Positions 47,976 through 57,962 are shown, numbered from the stretch's first letter. The stretch: DNA of 64,000 bases from Candidatus Latescibacterota bacterium (GCA_965261395.1 OZ253462.1:3680001-3744000); one strand, 5' to 3'. Translations and numbers: made by a program. Notes: generated from the letters alone by a model not told the origin.

Positions 47976-49259
47976 ATGAAAAATTTCATACTCATCTCAC
48001 TGTTGCTTTTGGCTGCTTTGCGCGCCGGTGCCGATCAGGAGTACTGGCCCCAGTGGCGCGGACCCAACCACAACGGCGTCAGCGAGGCCGTGGACCTGCC
48101 GACGACTTGGAGTGCGAGTGAGCATGTGGTCTGGAGCAAGAAGCTGCCCTCTTGGAGCGGGAGTACGCCGGTGGTGTGGGGCGAGCGGATCTTTTTGACG
48201 TCGCCCAACTCGGGCGAAGAGATCCAAGGCGGCGAAAAGCTGCTTTTGGGCTGCTTGTCAGCGACGGACGGCAGCGTGTTGTGGCAGCGCACGATCGACG
48301 AAGGCAACGCCTATTGGCGCAAGCACAACAACACCTCGCCTTCGCCGGTCACAGACGGCGAGCGCGTGCTGGCCGTTACGGGCACGGGGATGATCCGGGC
48401 CTTTGACATAGCCGGTGAAGAGCTGTGGCACTACAACTTGCAGAAGGAGCATGGACCCTTCGGCCTGATGTGGGGCTACGCCTCCTCGCCCTTGCTCCAC
48501 GACGGCAAGCTCTTCGTCGAAGTCCTGCACGGGATGAACACGGACGATGCTTCCTACTTGATCGCCTTTGACGCGGCTACTGGCGAGGTCGCGTGGCGGC
48601 AGGAGCGGCCAACCGACGCGCTGGGCGAGTCGCCGGATGCCTATACCACGCCCGTAATCCTCGAACACGACGGCCAGACGCAAATCGTCGTCTCCGGCGG
48701 CGACTACGTCACTGGGCACGATCCGGCCACCGGCGAAGAGATGTGGCGGGCGGGCGGCTTGAATCCGGGCAAGGAGCGGAACTATCGGGTAGTCGGGTCG
48801 CCGGTCGCGGTCGCTGGGATGGTGTACGCGACCAGTCGCCGCAATCCAGTGCTAGCGTTCCGCGCCGGTGGAACGGGGGACATTAGTGGCAGCCACTTGG
48901 CTTGGAAGTGGACGGGAGCCGGAGCACCAGATGTGCCCTCGGCTACTACGGATGGCTGCTACTTCTACATGGTCGATGACCGTGGGCGGGTCTCCTGCCT
49001 CGACGCCAAGACGGGCGCGGTGCTGTGGGGACCGGAGCGCACGGCCCAGGGGACGGTCAGCGCCTCGCCGGTGCTGGCCGACGGCAAGCTCTACGTGGTC
49101 AACGAAAGCGCGGTGACGACCGTGCTCCAAGCCGGCCCAGAGTACAAGGTGCTAGCGACCAACGAACTCGACGGCGGCTATACGCTGTCGTCGCTGGCGA
49201 TCGCCGGGGGGCGGATTTTCCTGCGGACGGAGTCGCACCTGTACTGCATCGGCCAGTAG
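47976..49259 (+). CDS. Secreted PQQ-binding-like beta-propeller protein
   Basis: Signal peptide, WPQWRGP, repeated SSP/LDAKTG..W blades, HLYCIG C-terminus. Confidence 0.88.
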   Translation: MKNFILISLLLLAALRAGADQEYWPQWRGPNHNGVSEAVDLPTTWSASEHVVWSKKLPSWSGSTPVVWGERIFLTSPNSGEEIQGGEKLLLGCLSATDGSVLWQRTIDEGNAYWRKHNNTSPSPVTDGERVLAVTGTGMIRAFDIAGEELWHYNLQKEHGPFGLMWGYASSPLLHDGKLFVEVLHGMNTDDASYLIAFDAATGEVAWRQERPTDALGESPDAYTTPVILEHDGQTQIVVSGGDYVTGHDPATGEEMWRAGGLNPGKERNYRVVGSPVAVAGMVYATSRRNPVLAFRAGGTGDISGSHLAWKWTGAGAPDVPSATTDGCYFYMVDDRGRVSCLDAKTGAVLWGPERTAQGTVSASPVLADGKLYVVNESAVTTVLQAGPEYKVLATNELDGGYTLSSLAIAGGRIFLRTESHLYCIGQ

Positions 49260-49283
49260 GGGCGACCGGCCGGTCGCCCCTAC
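49256..49283. repeat. GTAG-type REP-like perfect palindrome between convergent genes
   Basis: GTAGGGGCGACCGG|CCGGTCGCCCCTAC. Confidence 0.8.
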
Positions 49284-49285
49284 AT

Positions 49286-52200
49286 CTATTCAGCCTTAAG
49301 GGCCGCCAGCAGAGGGCGGCGCAGGGCCAAGTGCGCGGCAACAGCACACGCCAACAGGCCGGCGGCAAAGACCAAGCCGAGCGAAAGGCCCAGCGCGGCC
49401 CAAGGCAAGGGGGCGGGGTCGAAGAGGCGGGGAGCCACGGCGATGAGGGCGGCGACGCTGCCGATCCCTTCGCCCGCTAGCAGGAGGAAGCCGTGCTCGT
49501 AGAGCAGCATCGCCCCCAGGCGGGCGCGGCGAAAGCCACAGGCGCTCAAGGCCGCCAGCTCGCCACTGCGCTCGAGGACGTTGCGCAGGATGAGAATCCC
49601 CAAACCCAGAGTTCCCAAGAGCAGCCCGAGCAAGCCCAGCGTCTGAAAAGTCGCCAGGTACGTGTTTTCGACGGCGCGGTAGCCACGGAGGCGTTCGGTG
49701 CTCAAGGTGGCGTCGAGGCCGTAGGCGGCTAGTCCTTTTTCGAGCGCGGCGGCGACGGCGGCTGGTTGTTCCGTTTCGACTAGGAAGTAGCCGTAGCCTT
49801 CGCGTGCGGGAAAGTGCGCGGCAAAGCGCCCCTCGGCGATGAGCAACTCACCCTGGAACAGGCTGCCGTCCAACAGCCCGACCAACCGCAGAGTCAAGCC
49901 CTCCGCAAGCGGGATGTCGTCGCCCAGACGCTTGTGCAAAATCCACTGCGCTGAATTAAAGTCGCCGATGGCTGGGATGACGCCCGGCCCCAAATCGCGC
50001 TGGAGCAATCGCCAAGGGTTGGCGCGCTCGTCCGGCGTTAGGGCGAGGGTCTGCCGGAAGGGCAAGCCACCGCGCTGCACGAATTCAGTCGGTGCGCCGA
50101 GGACACGCGGAGTCTGGGGCAGATAGAGGTTGAGGCAGCTCACGTCGTCGCCGGGCAGGACGCGGAAGAGAAAAAAGCGCGCGGCATCCAAACCTGTTGA
50201 CAGCCCCAACTCAAAGCGGCCGTCCGCGCTATTGAGGTCTTGGTGCAGGGGAATTTCTGCCTCGGCGATGAGCGCGAAGCCGCCTGTGCCAGGATCGTCT
50301 GCCCACTCGACCCGTCGATGGGCTCCGGCGGCGACGATGACAAAGGTGGCGCAGGTGACGAGAGAGGTGCAGAGGGTGCTGCGGCTGGGCTTGCGGGTGC
50401 TGTTGAAGAGGCCCAAGCTGAGGCTGGAGTTGAGGCGGCCCGAGGTCGGAGCGCGTAACCATACTGCGAGCAAAGCCAAGAGCGCCAAAAGGGCTGCGGT
50501 GCCGCTGCCCAAGAAAAGTGCCGCGGCCGTGGCTGCGTCGGCTGTGCTAGCGAGGACGCTCAAGGAGAGAGCTAAGGCCAAGCCGAGCGCGGCGAGGACG
50601 GCACTGCGACGGCGTGGTCGGCTCAGCGCAGTGTCGAGGGTACCGGCGAGCAGGGCGCGGACGGGCAGCCGGTGGAAGCGCTGCACCGTGCGCCACAGCG
50701 CCAGCGAGACCAGCAGCAGGGTGGATAGATAGCCCAGCCCGAGGCTCAGCCAGCTAACGTGGAGGTGAAGGAAAGGCGTGCCGATCGCCTCCAACCATCG
50801 AGTGTGCAAGCCGACCAGCATCAGGTAGGCGTAGAGCGGGGCACCGGCTAGGCCGAGCAGCCCACCTAGCGCGGCCAAGGCAATGCCCTCGCCTAAGAAG
50901 CGCCGGGCCACGGCGGCGAGGGGGTAGCCAGTGGCGAGCAGCAGCCCCGCTTCGCGCGCGCGTTGTTCGAGGCCGAACTTGCACAGCAGAACCACCAGTA
51001 ATGCGGCGGCGGCGATGAGGAAGAGACTGAAGCCGATAAAGAGGCCGCTGAAGTCCGTGGCCCCGGTTGATGCTAGCAGGGCCTCTTGGCGGACAGGGCG
51101 CAAGGAGAAACCAGCCGCCGTCGGAGACAGGCGCGCTAGCAGGTCTTGGCGCAGGCTCTGGTAGTGGGCGGGCGAGGGCGGATGAAAACGGATGGCGGTC
51201 AGGGCGCCGTGGCGGCTGCGCCAGAGGTGCTGGCCTGTATCGGCCGCGACAAAGGCTTTGGGCGCGGCCCCGTACTGGTCCCAGTAGGCTTCATCCTGCG
51301 GGCGGATTTGCCCCATGTCGATGGGGAAGGGCGCATCCCAGGCCGCCATATCGCCTTCTTCCTGCAGCCCTGGATAGGCGGGCGTCAAGGTGGGATCAAT
51401 GGCCAAGCCGCGCATCTGCACAATCCCTTGGAGGCGGAAGTGAGTCTGCTCGGTCCGAAGTTCCTCGCGCGGGCCGACTACGTAATAGGTCAGGGAGATG
51501 GAGTCTCCGGGGGCTGCGGCCAATTCTTGGGCCGTCCAGGCGTCGAGGTAGAGGCCGTTGTCGACAAGGGGGGGCGCGGGCTGACCGTTTGCTAGATAGA
51601 GGCCGGTGGGATCGTCGAGGGCGGTAACGGTTGAGTAGGGAACTTGGCGGCCATTGCCCATAATGGCGTTGGCCAGATAGGTCGAGAAGGTCGCGGTTTG
51701 GAGCTGTAGGGCGGTACCGCTGGCCAAGGCGGCGGCGCGGGTCGAGTCGTCGAGGACCAAGCGGGTGCTGGTAAGCTCGATGTAGTTGGCGTGCAGCGCG
51801 AGGTCCAGCTTGCGGTCGGCAAGGCTCAGGTGCTGGGCGAGGGCGTGTTGCAGGTCTTGGTGCCGACTGTCGGGCGCAGCGCTGAGCAGGGAGTTGACCT
51901 GATCCTGCTGGCCGAGGGCGCGCTGGAGGGCCTGGAGGTCGAGGTATGCGTTGAGCGGCAGATGCTGCTGCGGTCGCAGGCCGAATCGCCCCGCCCCGCT
52001 GTCGGGCAAGATGCCGGTGAGCACTACGCGCAGGGTGGTGACGATATCGCTGGTAGCGCGGCGGCCAAAGAGAGATCCCCGGTAGGTTGGGCTGGGGCGT
52101 TCCAGCGAGAGCAGCACTGCGTCGCCTAGTTCAAGGCTGAGGGCGCGTTGTAGCGAAGCACTGACGACGAGCGAGGGAAACGGCTGGCCGGGTTTTGGCT

Positions 52201-52558
52201 TGAGGGCGTCGCGCAAGGCGGGGCCGTCTTGGGGAAAGAGCGCGGCGAAGCGGGCGTCGATGCCTTGGATTTGCACGCCAGCGGCGAGCGCTTGGGTCTC
52301 AGCGTGGCGGGCGCTGCCGTTGAGGAGGATGGCGGGCGCGTGGCCCCCAGGCAGCTCGGCGGCCAAGTCGCTGTGAAAGAAATGCGCGGCGAGCAGCGCG
52401 TAATCGATATGCCCCAGGCGCTCTAAGGCCAAGTCGCGCAGGCTGCCGCGCATGGAGTCGCCGACTAGGAGTGCACCGGTCAGGGCGGTTGTGGCGACAG
52501 CGGTCCCCAGCAGCAGCCCTAAGTGAACCCGCCAGTAGTAGATTAGGCTTCGACGCAC
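49286..52558 (-). CDS. Large FtsX/MacB-type ABC permease (two permease repeats)
   Basis: Probable GTG at 52558; LLVGDSMRGSL, EQRAREAGLLLATG, NVLERSGELAAL motifs. Confidence 0.85.
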   Translation of the reverse strand: MRRSLIYYWRVHLGLLLGTAVATTALTGALLVGDSMRGSLRDLALERLGHIDYALLAAHFFHSDLAAELPGGHAPAILLNGSARHAETQALAAGVQIQGIDARFAALFPQDGPALRDALKPKPGQPFPSLVVSASLQRALSLELGDAVLLSLERPSPTYRGSLFGRRATSDIVTTLRVVLTGILPDSGAGRFGLRPQQHLPLNAYLDLQALQRALGQQDQVNSLLSAAPDSRHQDLQHALAQHLSLADRKLDLALHANYIELTSTRLVLDDSTRAAALASGTALQLQTATFSTYLANAIMGNGRQVPYSTVTALDDPTGLYLANGQPAPPLVDNGLYLDAWTAQELAAAPGDSISLTYYVVGPREELRTEQTHFRLQGIVQMRGLAIDPTLTPAYPGLQEEGDMAAWDAPFPIDMGQIRPQDEAYWDQYGAAPKAFVAADTGQHLWRSRHGALTAIRFHPPSPAHYQSLRQDLLARLSPTAAGFSLRPVRQEALLASTGATDFSGLFIGFSLFLIAAAALLVVLLCKFGLEQRAREAGLLLATGYPLAAVARRFLGEGIALAALGGLLGLAGAPLYAYLMLVGLHTRWLEAIGTPFLHLHVSWLSLGLGYLSTLLLVSLALWRTVQRFHRLPVRALLAGTLDTALSRPRRRSAVLAALGLALALSLSVLASTADAATAAALFLGSGTAALLALLALLAVWLRAPTSGRLNSSLSLGLFNSTRKPSRSTLCTSLVTCATFVIVAAGAHRRVEWADDPGTGGFALIAEAEIPLHQDLNSADGRFELGLSTGLDAARFFLFRVLPGDDVSCLNLYLPQTPRVLGAPTEFVQRGGLPFRQTLALTPDERANPWRLLQRDLGPGVIPAIGDFNSAQWILHKRLGDDIPLAEGLTLRLVGLLDGSLFQGELLIAEGRFAAHFPAREGYGYFLVETEQPAAVAAALEKGLAAYGLDATLSTERLRGYRAVENTYLATFQTLGLLGLLLGTLGLGILILRNVLERSGELAALSACGFRRARLGAMLLYEHGFLLLAGEGIGSVAALIAVAPRLFDPAPLPWAALGLSLGLVFAAGLLACAVAAHLALRRPLLAALKAE

Positions 52559-53220
52559 GTCCCCTCGCGCAGATGCAGGCAGCGGTCGCAGCGCGCAGCT
52601 AATTCGAGGTCGTGGGTTGCGATGACGAGAGCGGCTTGCTCGGCGTGGTGCAGCGCAAAGATCAGGTCGGCGACGGTGGCGGCCGTCTGGCGGTCGAGGC
52701 TGCCGGTAGGCTCGTCGCAGAGCAAGAGACCGGGCTGATTGATCAAGGCGCGCGCCACGGCCACGCGCTGGCATTCGCCGCCGGACAGCTCAGCGGGGCG
52801 GTGGTGCAGGCGCTCTGCTAGACCGACCGCGGTCAAAAGGTCGCGGGCGCGCTCGCGCCGGTCAGCTTGGGGAAAGGCGAGAGTAGGGATTAAGGCGTTT
52901 TCGAGGGCCGAGTACTGGGGCAGCAGGTGGTGGTTTTGGAAGACGAAGCCGATCTGCTGGTTGCGGAAGCGGGCGAGTTGCGGTTCGGGAAGAGCTAGCG
53001 GGTCTTGGCCGCCGATGGCGATCTGGCCCGAGGTCGGCGGTTCGAGGGTGCCGAGCAGGTGCAGCAAGGTGCTCTTGCCCGAGCCGGACGGACCAATAAG
53101 CGCTAGGGACTGACCTTCCTCGGCACGTAGCGAAACGCCGCGCAGCACTTCGACGGTCTGGTCGCCGAGGGCGAAGTGCTTGCAGACGTCGGCGGCGGCG
53201 AGGGCCGGGGCTGCGTTCAT
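52543..53220 (-). CDS. ABC ATP-binding protein (LolD/MacB-like)
   Basis: GPSGSGKS, LSGGECQR, DEPTG, ATHD. Confidence 0.95.
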   Translation of the reverse strand: MNAAPALAAADVCKHFALGDQTVEVLRGVSLRAEEGQSLALIGPSGSGKSTLLHLLGTLEPPTSGQIAIGGQDPLALPEPQLARFRNQQIGFVFQNHHLLPQYSALENALIPTLAFPQADRRERARDLLTAVGLAERLHHRPAELSGGECQRVAVARALINQPGLLLCDEPTGSLDRQTAATVADLIFALHHAEQAALVIATHDLELAARCDRCLHLREGTCVEA

Positions 53221-53633
53221 GGGTGCGCCGCCAGTTTGCGGGTGATAAAGTCCGGGATCGGGATGGCGCGGATGGTCTCGCCCGGATTGCAGACGCAGCA
53301 GGCGACCTTAAGTCGGCCTTGAGCTATCTGCTCATCGCCGCAGTGGAAGTCAAAGCGAAAGCTGAGGGACTTCTCGCCCTGCTTGTCGAGGTGTAGCTGG
53401 ATGTCGAGGACGTCTTCAAAAGCGACGGGGCGGAAGTACTCGCATTCGGCGACGAGGCGGGGCCAGCTAATGATGTCGCCGTCGCGTTGGCTGTGGACGC
53501 TCAGGCCCAAGCTGCGCCAGAAGGCGTGCTCGGCGGCTTCCATGAAGACGAAGAAGCGCGCAAAGTGGACGATGCCGGCTTGGTCGGTATCGGCCCACTC
53601 GACGCGGCGGCGGGTGCGGAATTCGACGGGCAC
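53217..53633 (-). CDS. Acyl-CoA thioesterase (4HBT-like hotdog fold)
   Basis: RRVEWADTDQAGIVHFARFF; probable GTG at 53633. Confidence 0.85.
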   Translation of the reverse strand: MPVEFRTRRRVEWADTDQAGIVHFARFFVFMEAAEHAFWRSLGLSVHSQRDGDIISWPRLVAECEYFRPVAFEDVLDIQLHLDKQGEKSLSFRFDFHCGDEQIAQGRLKVACCVCNPGETIRAIPIPDFITRKLAAHP

Positions 53634-53634
53634 G

Positions 53635-54105
53635 TCAGTTGCCGGGGCGGAAGAAGGTGACCAAGCAGCCCCCCAAGGCGGCCAAGACGATACCGAGGAC
53701 GAAGGGCCAGCGCACGGCCGCCCAGCCGCCAGCGGGCGGATGCAGGAGCACGGCGACGACCGCGTTGACGATGGGGGCACCGGCAAAGACGATGGACATG
53801 ACCACTGCCGGGGTCCCCTTGGCACCGAAGGCGAGCAGGACGCCCAACGCGCCGATGGCTCCGGCGATGCCGGCGGCGGTGGACCAGAAGACGCCCTTGG
53901 CCGGGTAGAGCCAGCTCGCGCCATTGTAGGCTAGGACGATCAGCGAGCCGAAGACCGCGGTGAGTAGATAGGCCAAGCCGACGAAGAGGAAGGCTTTGTA
54001 GCGGCCGTTTATCGGGTCGGCCATGGCGATTTGGCCAGTGTGCAACAAGACGCCGTAGAGGCCCCAACAAGAGACGGTGAGAAGGGAGAAGACGAGCCAA
54101 GTCAT
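53635..54105 (-). CDS. Small multi-TM membrane protein (DMT/EamA-like)
   Basis: 156 aa, about 5 hydrophobic helices, WGLYG and FAGAPIVN motifs. Confidence 0.65.
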   Translation of the reverse strand: MTWLVFSLLTVSCWGLYGVLLHTGQIAMADPINGRYKAFLFVGLAYLLTAVFGSLIVLAYNGASWLYPAKGVFWSTAAGIAGAIGALGVLLAFGAKGTPAVVMSIVFAGAPIVNAVVAVLLHPPAGGWAAVRWPFVLGIVLAALGGCLVTFFRPGN

Positions 54106-54224
54106 GGGGATAATCCTTTATAGGTAAGTGCGTCCCTTGGAAAGCTACTTTGCGGATATAGACGAACTGCTCAAAAAACCGGTGTAATCATCGCCGACAC
54201 TCTCGGCACAACGCCAGTGATGCT

Positions 54225-54554
54225 TTAGCTTTGGGAGTACGTCAAATTTGCAGGTCTTATTTTTGCAAGTTCGTCTTTCATACACTGCTCTACACGCCAC
54301 AAATCACAAGCTTGTTGCAGGCGCAACCAGAGCCCAGGACCGTTGCCGACGAGTTTTCCTATTCTAAGTGCCATTTCTGTTGTAATCGGATGCGTACAAG
54401 CCAGAACGCGATGCAATTGTTGACGCGAAACACCGAGTCGTCGAGCCGCTTCACTAACCGATAACTCAAGCGACGGCAGTACATCTTCACGCAGAATCTC
54501 ACCCGGATGAACAGGCGCACGCTTCAACGGACGGTTGACGGAATATTCGGCCAT
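54225..54554 (-). CDS. higA: HigA antitoxin (HTH)
   Basis: PVHPGEILREDVL...EMALRIGKL.GNGP.LWL.LQ. Confidence 0.9.
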   Translation of the reverse strand: MAEYSVNRPLKRAPVHPGEILREDVLPSLELSVSEAARRLGVSRQQLHRVLACTHPITTEMALRIGKLVGNGPGLWLRLQQACDLWRVEQCMKDELAKIRPANLTYSQS

Positions 54555-54560
54555 TGTACC

Positions 54561-54830
54561 TCAATGATATTGCTCGAGATTGACCCTGAGTGCATCCCCA
54601 TCTTGCCATTCGAACGTGATACACCACGGGCCGTTGACGTGAATACTATAACGTACCCCTTGCAGACCGTGAAAGTTGAACCCCGGTACATTCAAGTCTG
54701 TCAATGATTCCGCATGATCGAGAACTTCCAAACGACGTAAGCAACGCCTTTGCAAATCCCAACGCACTCGGCGGCTGTGACCCCGTTCAAAAAGTTCGAC
54801 AAGCCCTTTATGCTTGAAGCTTGTGATCAT
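54561..54830 (-). CDS. higB: HigB/RelE-family toxin
   Basis: MITSFKHKGL..FH.L.G..YSIHVNGPWCITFEW..EQYH. Confidence 0.9.
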   Translation of the reverse strand: MITSFKHKGLVELFERGHSRRVRWDLQRRCLRRLEVLDHAESLTDLNVPGFNFHGLQGVRYSIHVNGPWCITFEWQDGDALRVNLEQYH

Positions 54831-54840
54831 TTGTAAAAAC

Positions 54841-54857
54841 GTAACACATTTTGTTAC
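54841..54857 (-). promoter_or_regulatory. Palindromic operator just upstream of higB
   Basis: GTAACA-CATTT-TGTTAC 11 bp from the start codon; TTGACA on the minus strand at 54860-54865. Confidence 0.6.
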
Positions 54858-54908
54858 ACTGTCAACAATTATTAACTGACCTCACGCAGCACCTCTATAT
54901 AGGGCCCA

Positions 54909-54943
54909 CGCGTGGAGAGAGGCTTCCTGCTTCTCTCCACGCG
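54909..54943. terminator. Hairpin downstream of the PurA-like gene
   Basis: CGCGTGGAGAGA...TCTCTCCACGCG inverted repeat. Confidence 0.5.
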
Positions 54944-54968
54944 CAGCAGGCTAGTCGCTGTCGAGAGA

Positions 54969-55988
54969 TCAATTGATCGCGATGAGGTTCTCAAAATGTA
55001 CGCCACAATCGCAGAGCGATACAGGAATGTTGAACCGCTCCTCTAACTCGTCAATGAGGTGTCGGACGGGCACGGTCAATGCGCTGGGGTGGCGTGCGCC
55101 GGCGACCTCGGCGTCGAGGTGGTCACAGAAGGTCAGGGCCAATTGGGTGGGACCGTTGAGGAGGACGGCTGTTTCCAAATGTGGCCAGGAGATACCCGCG
55201 GCTTTGCGCCGCCGTCGCCCGGTCGCCACGCCATATTCGGCGATGCCCCGGCGTTCCTCCTCCGCTGGCGTCAATTGCAGTGGTAGGGGGCCAGTGCCGA
55301 CGCGGCTAGGCAGTGCTTTGACCACCAAGCAGACTTCTGCGATATGACGCCAGTTGAGCCCGACGTCATCGGCAAAGGCGGCGGTGGTACAGTTGTCCGA
55401 AGTGCAGTCGGGATAGTCCTCGCTAAGGGCTAACGACAGGTGGGTGCCTTGGCTGCCCTCGACGACGATGGTTTCACCGCGTAGGCAACTCTCGTTGAGC
55501 TCGCGGGCGACGTCGGCGGTGTAGTCCGCGAGGATCTGCTCGTCGCGGGCTTGGCGCGCTTTGCGCAGGGCGAATTCGGCGCGGGCGCCGCCGCTGCCGC
55601 TGGCGGTGGTGCCGTGTTGCTGCAGAAAGACGTCGGCCGCTTCGCGTTGGCGGTACTCGGGCAGGATTAGCGGGCAGCGGTAATCGACGCGGGTCCGCTC
55701 GCGCAGCCCATAGCTCGGGTCTAGCTGGTCGAGTTCGGCGAAGAACAGCTCGGGATCGACGGCGACGCCGCTGCCGATGCGCAGTTGCGTGTCGGGGTGG
55801 AGAAAGCCGCAGGGTAGCTGCCGAGTGCGGATTTCGCTGCCGTCGGCAAAGAGAATACTGTGCCCAGCGTTGGTGCCGATCCCGGCTCGGACACTGTAGG
55901 CGGCTTGGTGTTTTTGCGCCAGGAAGGCGGCGACCTTGCCTTTACCCGAATCGCCCCAGAAGGCGTCAACGACGATGATGGCGCTCAT
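54969..55988 (-). CDS. Short (archaeal-type length) adenylosuccinate synthetase-like protein
   Basis: WGDSGKGK, NAGHS, EGSQG, TGRRRR, LTFCD; 339 aa. Confidence 0.85.
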   Translation of the reverse strand: MSAIIVVDAFWGDSGKGKVAAFLAQKHQAAYSVRAGIGTNAGHSILFADGSEIRTRQLPCGFLHPDTQLRIGSGVAVDPELFFAELDQLDPSYGLRERTRVDYRCPLILPEYRQREAADVFLQQHGTTASGSGGARAEFALRKARQARDEQILADYTADVARELNESCLRGETIVVEGSQGTHLSLALSEDYPDCTSDNCTTAAFADDVGLNWRHIAEVCLVVKALPSRVGTGPLPLQLTPAEEERRGIAEYGVATGRRRRKAAGISWPHLETAVLLNGPTQLALTFCDHLDAEVAGARHPSALTVPVRHLIDELEERFNIPVSLCDCGVHFENLIAIN

Positions 55989-56062
55989 AGCTCACCTCCA
56001 TTTTAAGAGACTGTTTTAAAATTCCCTGTAGCAATTTTTCTCGCGCCATTTCAGCCATCAAT

Positions 56063-56665
56063 TTACGGCTTCTTAGCGACGACTTTATTGACTGGGTGCG
56101 TATGCTGAATGCCCCCAGGATGCTCATCATCGAATACATAACTCTGCTCCAACTCGATCTCCCAGTCTGCATAAATCGAGAAAATCTCTCTTTCATGGAA
56201 CAAGCCTATACATAGGTCCTTCAGGTCATCTGGCGGCGGAAGCCGATCCGTGAACACAACAACCACGTTGATACCCCGCGGATTGGTGTTCTCCTTGAAT
56301 AGGGGAATCAGTTGTTTCCATGATTCTCGTTCAATTAGGTGAAGGCATCCGTGCGATATGATGAGGTCGAACGAATTCGGAAATTCGAAGTGCCGCATAT
56401 CGGCAACTTCAGTGTGAATATCTAGGTTCCTCTCTTGTGCAGAAACCTGCAACTTGCGAATCCCAGCCTCCGAGATGTCCACGGCAGTCACATCAAAACC
56501 GCACTCTGCCAAGAAGAGAGCGTTTCGGCCTTCGCCTGATCCCAAGTCAAGAACTCTCGAACCAGTTGGTAGTCGCGATGCGATGTCCCGAATCTCTTGG
56601 CTCGGCCCACCGAATGTGGAAGCATTCATATCTGAATAGGTGTCTTCCCAAAATGTCTTTCTCAT
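56063..56665 (-). CDS. Class I SAM-dependent methyltransferase (TehB-like)
   Basis: VLDLGSGEGRNALFLA..VTAVDIS; lower GC. Confidence 0.85.
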   Translation of the reverse strand: MRKTFWEDTYSDMNASTFGGPSQEIRDIASRLPTGSRVLDLGSGEGRNALFLAECGFDVTAVDISEAGIRKLQVSAQERNLDIHTEVADMRHFEFPNSFDLIISHGCLHLIERESWKQLIPLFKENTNPRGINVVVVFTDRLPPPDDLKDLCIGLFHEREIFSIYADWEIELEQSYVFDDEHPGGIQHTHPVNKVVAKKP

Positions 56666-56681
56666 TGGCGATTAGACTCCT

Positions 56682-56955
56682 TCATTTTGGTGTTCCGTTC
56701 CAATGGGCGCTTATATAGCGAGCCACGCCGTCCTCTTCATTAGTCTCAATAATCCCGGTGGCCCGTTCCTTGAGGGCGGGGATGGCGTTGGCCACGGCTA
56801 GGGCTTCGTCAGCCACCTCGAACATGTCCAAGTCGTTTAGTTGGTCGCCAAAGACGACTAGACGGTGGTCTTCCAGTCTGAGATAGCGAAGTATCGTTGC
56901 GCAGCAGAGTGCCGTCCAAATCGGAGACGTATAGGGGAGAGTCGGTGGTTCTCAA
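56682..56955 (-). pseudogene. Internally deleted Cof-type HAD hydrolase
   Basis: LYVSDLDGTLL (motif I) fused out of frame to VVFGDQLNDLDMFEVADEALAVANA...NEEDGVARYI (motif IV and C-terminus). Confidence 0.85.
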
Positions 56956-57068
56956 GGGGTTTCTCAAGAGTGAATTGGTTGACACCCCTAACGATAAGCG
57001 AAATTGTAGCATAATAAAAATTTATATATATTATTCTAAGAATAAGTAATACAAATAAAGGACTTCGA

Positions 57069-57962
57069 ATGGACCTCTACCAATTGCGCAGTTTCTACGA
57101 AGTCGTCCGCGAGCAGAGCTTTACGCGGGCGGCCGACAAACTCTTTCTGACCCAGCCGGCCATCAGCCTACAGATCAAGGCATTGGAGAGCGAACTGGAC
57201 GAGATTCTGCTCGAGCGCAATCGGCGGCAGCTCCGTCTGACGTCGGCTGGTGAGATCCTCTTTGTTCATGCGAAGGTGATGCTCGCCCGGCTACAGCAGG
57301 CGCGCGACGATATTGCGGCGCTCAAGCAGGTCTTGAGTGGGCGGCTGGCAATCGGGACTAGCGATACCAACTGCACCTATGTTTTGCCCCGCTTGCTCGC
57401 CGAGTTCCACACCCGCTATCCGGCGGTCGAGTTGGACATCCGCAATCGAATGTCGCCGGAGGTGGGCAACCTAGTGCTCAACGACGAAGTGGAGTTCGGG
57501 TTGGCGACCTTGCCGGTCAAGCACCGCGACTTGGTCAGCGAGTCGCTTTTCGAGCGGCGGGATGTGCTTATTTGCCCCCCGGACCACGCGCTGGGCAAAA
57601 GGCGCAGGATAGGGCTTAAACAGCTTGCCGAATATCCGTTTCTGGTCTTGGAACGCGGGAGCACCAGCCGGCAGTTGCTCGAGGAGGTTTTCCAGCGGCA
57701 GGGCTTGGCGTTGCAGGTCGAAATGAGTCTCGGCGGGATCGAGATTATCAAGCGCTACGTGGAAATCGGGTTGGGTATTGCGCTGGTGCCGGAGGTGGCG
57801 GTGGAAGCAGAAGTCTCCGCAGGGAAAGTACGCGCTATACAGGTCAATGGATTGGCCAAACGCCAAATAGGCCTAATAGAGCACCGGCAGCGACGGCGTT
57901 CGCAGGCGACGGAGGCTTTCTTGGCGCTCTTGCGCGAATTTGTCACCGCAGGGAAGATTTAA
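57069..57962 (+). CDS. LysR-family transcriptional regulator
   Basis: SFTRAADKLFLTQPAISLQIKALE HTH; ERGSTSR; 297 aa; AT-rich upstream region. Confidence 0.95.
   Translation: MDLYQLRSFYEVVREQSFTRAADKLFLTQPAISLQIKALESELDEILLERNRRQLRLTSAGEILFVHAKVMLARLQQARDDIAALKQVLSGRLAIGTSDTNCTYVLPRLLAEFHTRYPAVELDIRNRMSPEVGNLVLNDEVEFGLATLPVKHRDLVSESLFERRDVLICPPDHALGKRRRIGLKQLAEYPFLVLERGSTSRQLLEEVFQRQGLALQVEMSLGGIEIIKRYVEIGLGIALVPEVAVEAEVSAGKVRAIQVNGLAKRQIGLIEHRQRRRSQATEAFLALLREFVTAGKI

Noticed and set aside
47976-49259. BamB or a true PQQ dehydrogenase
   Set aside because: No lipobox and no adjacent-Cys PQQ-ADH motif; generic PQQ-like propeller family
54969-55988. PurZ (Z-base synthesis)
   Set aside because: The catalytic Asp is retained (GDSGKGK), and there are no phage or Z-cluster genes nearby
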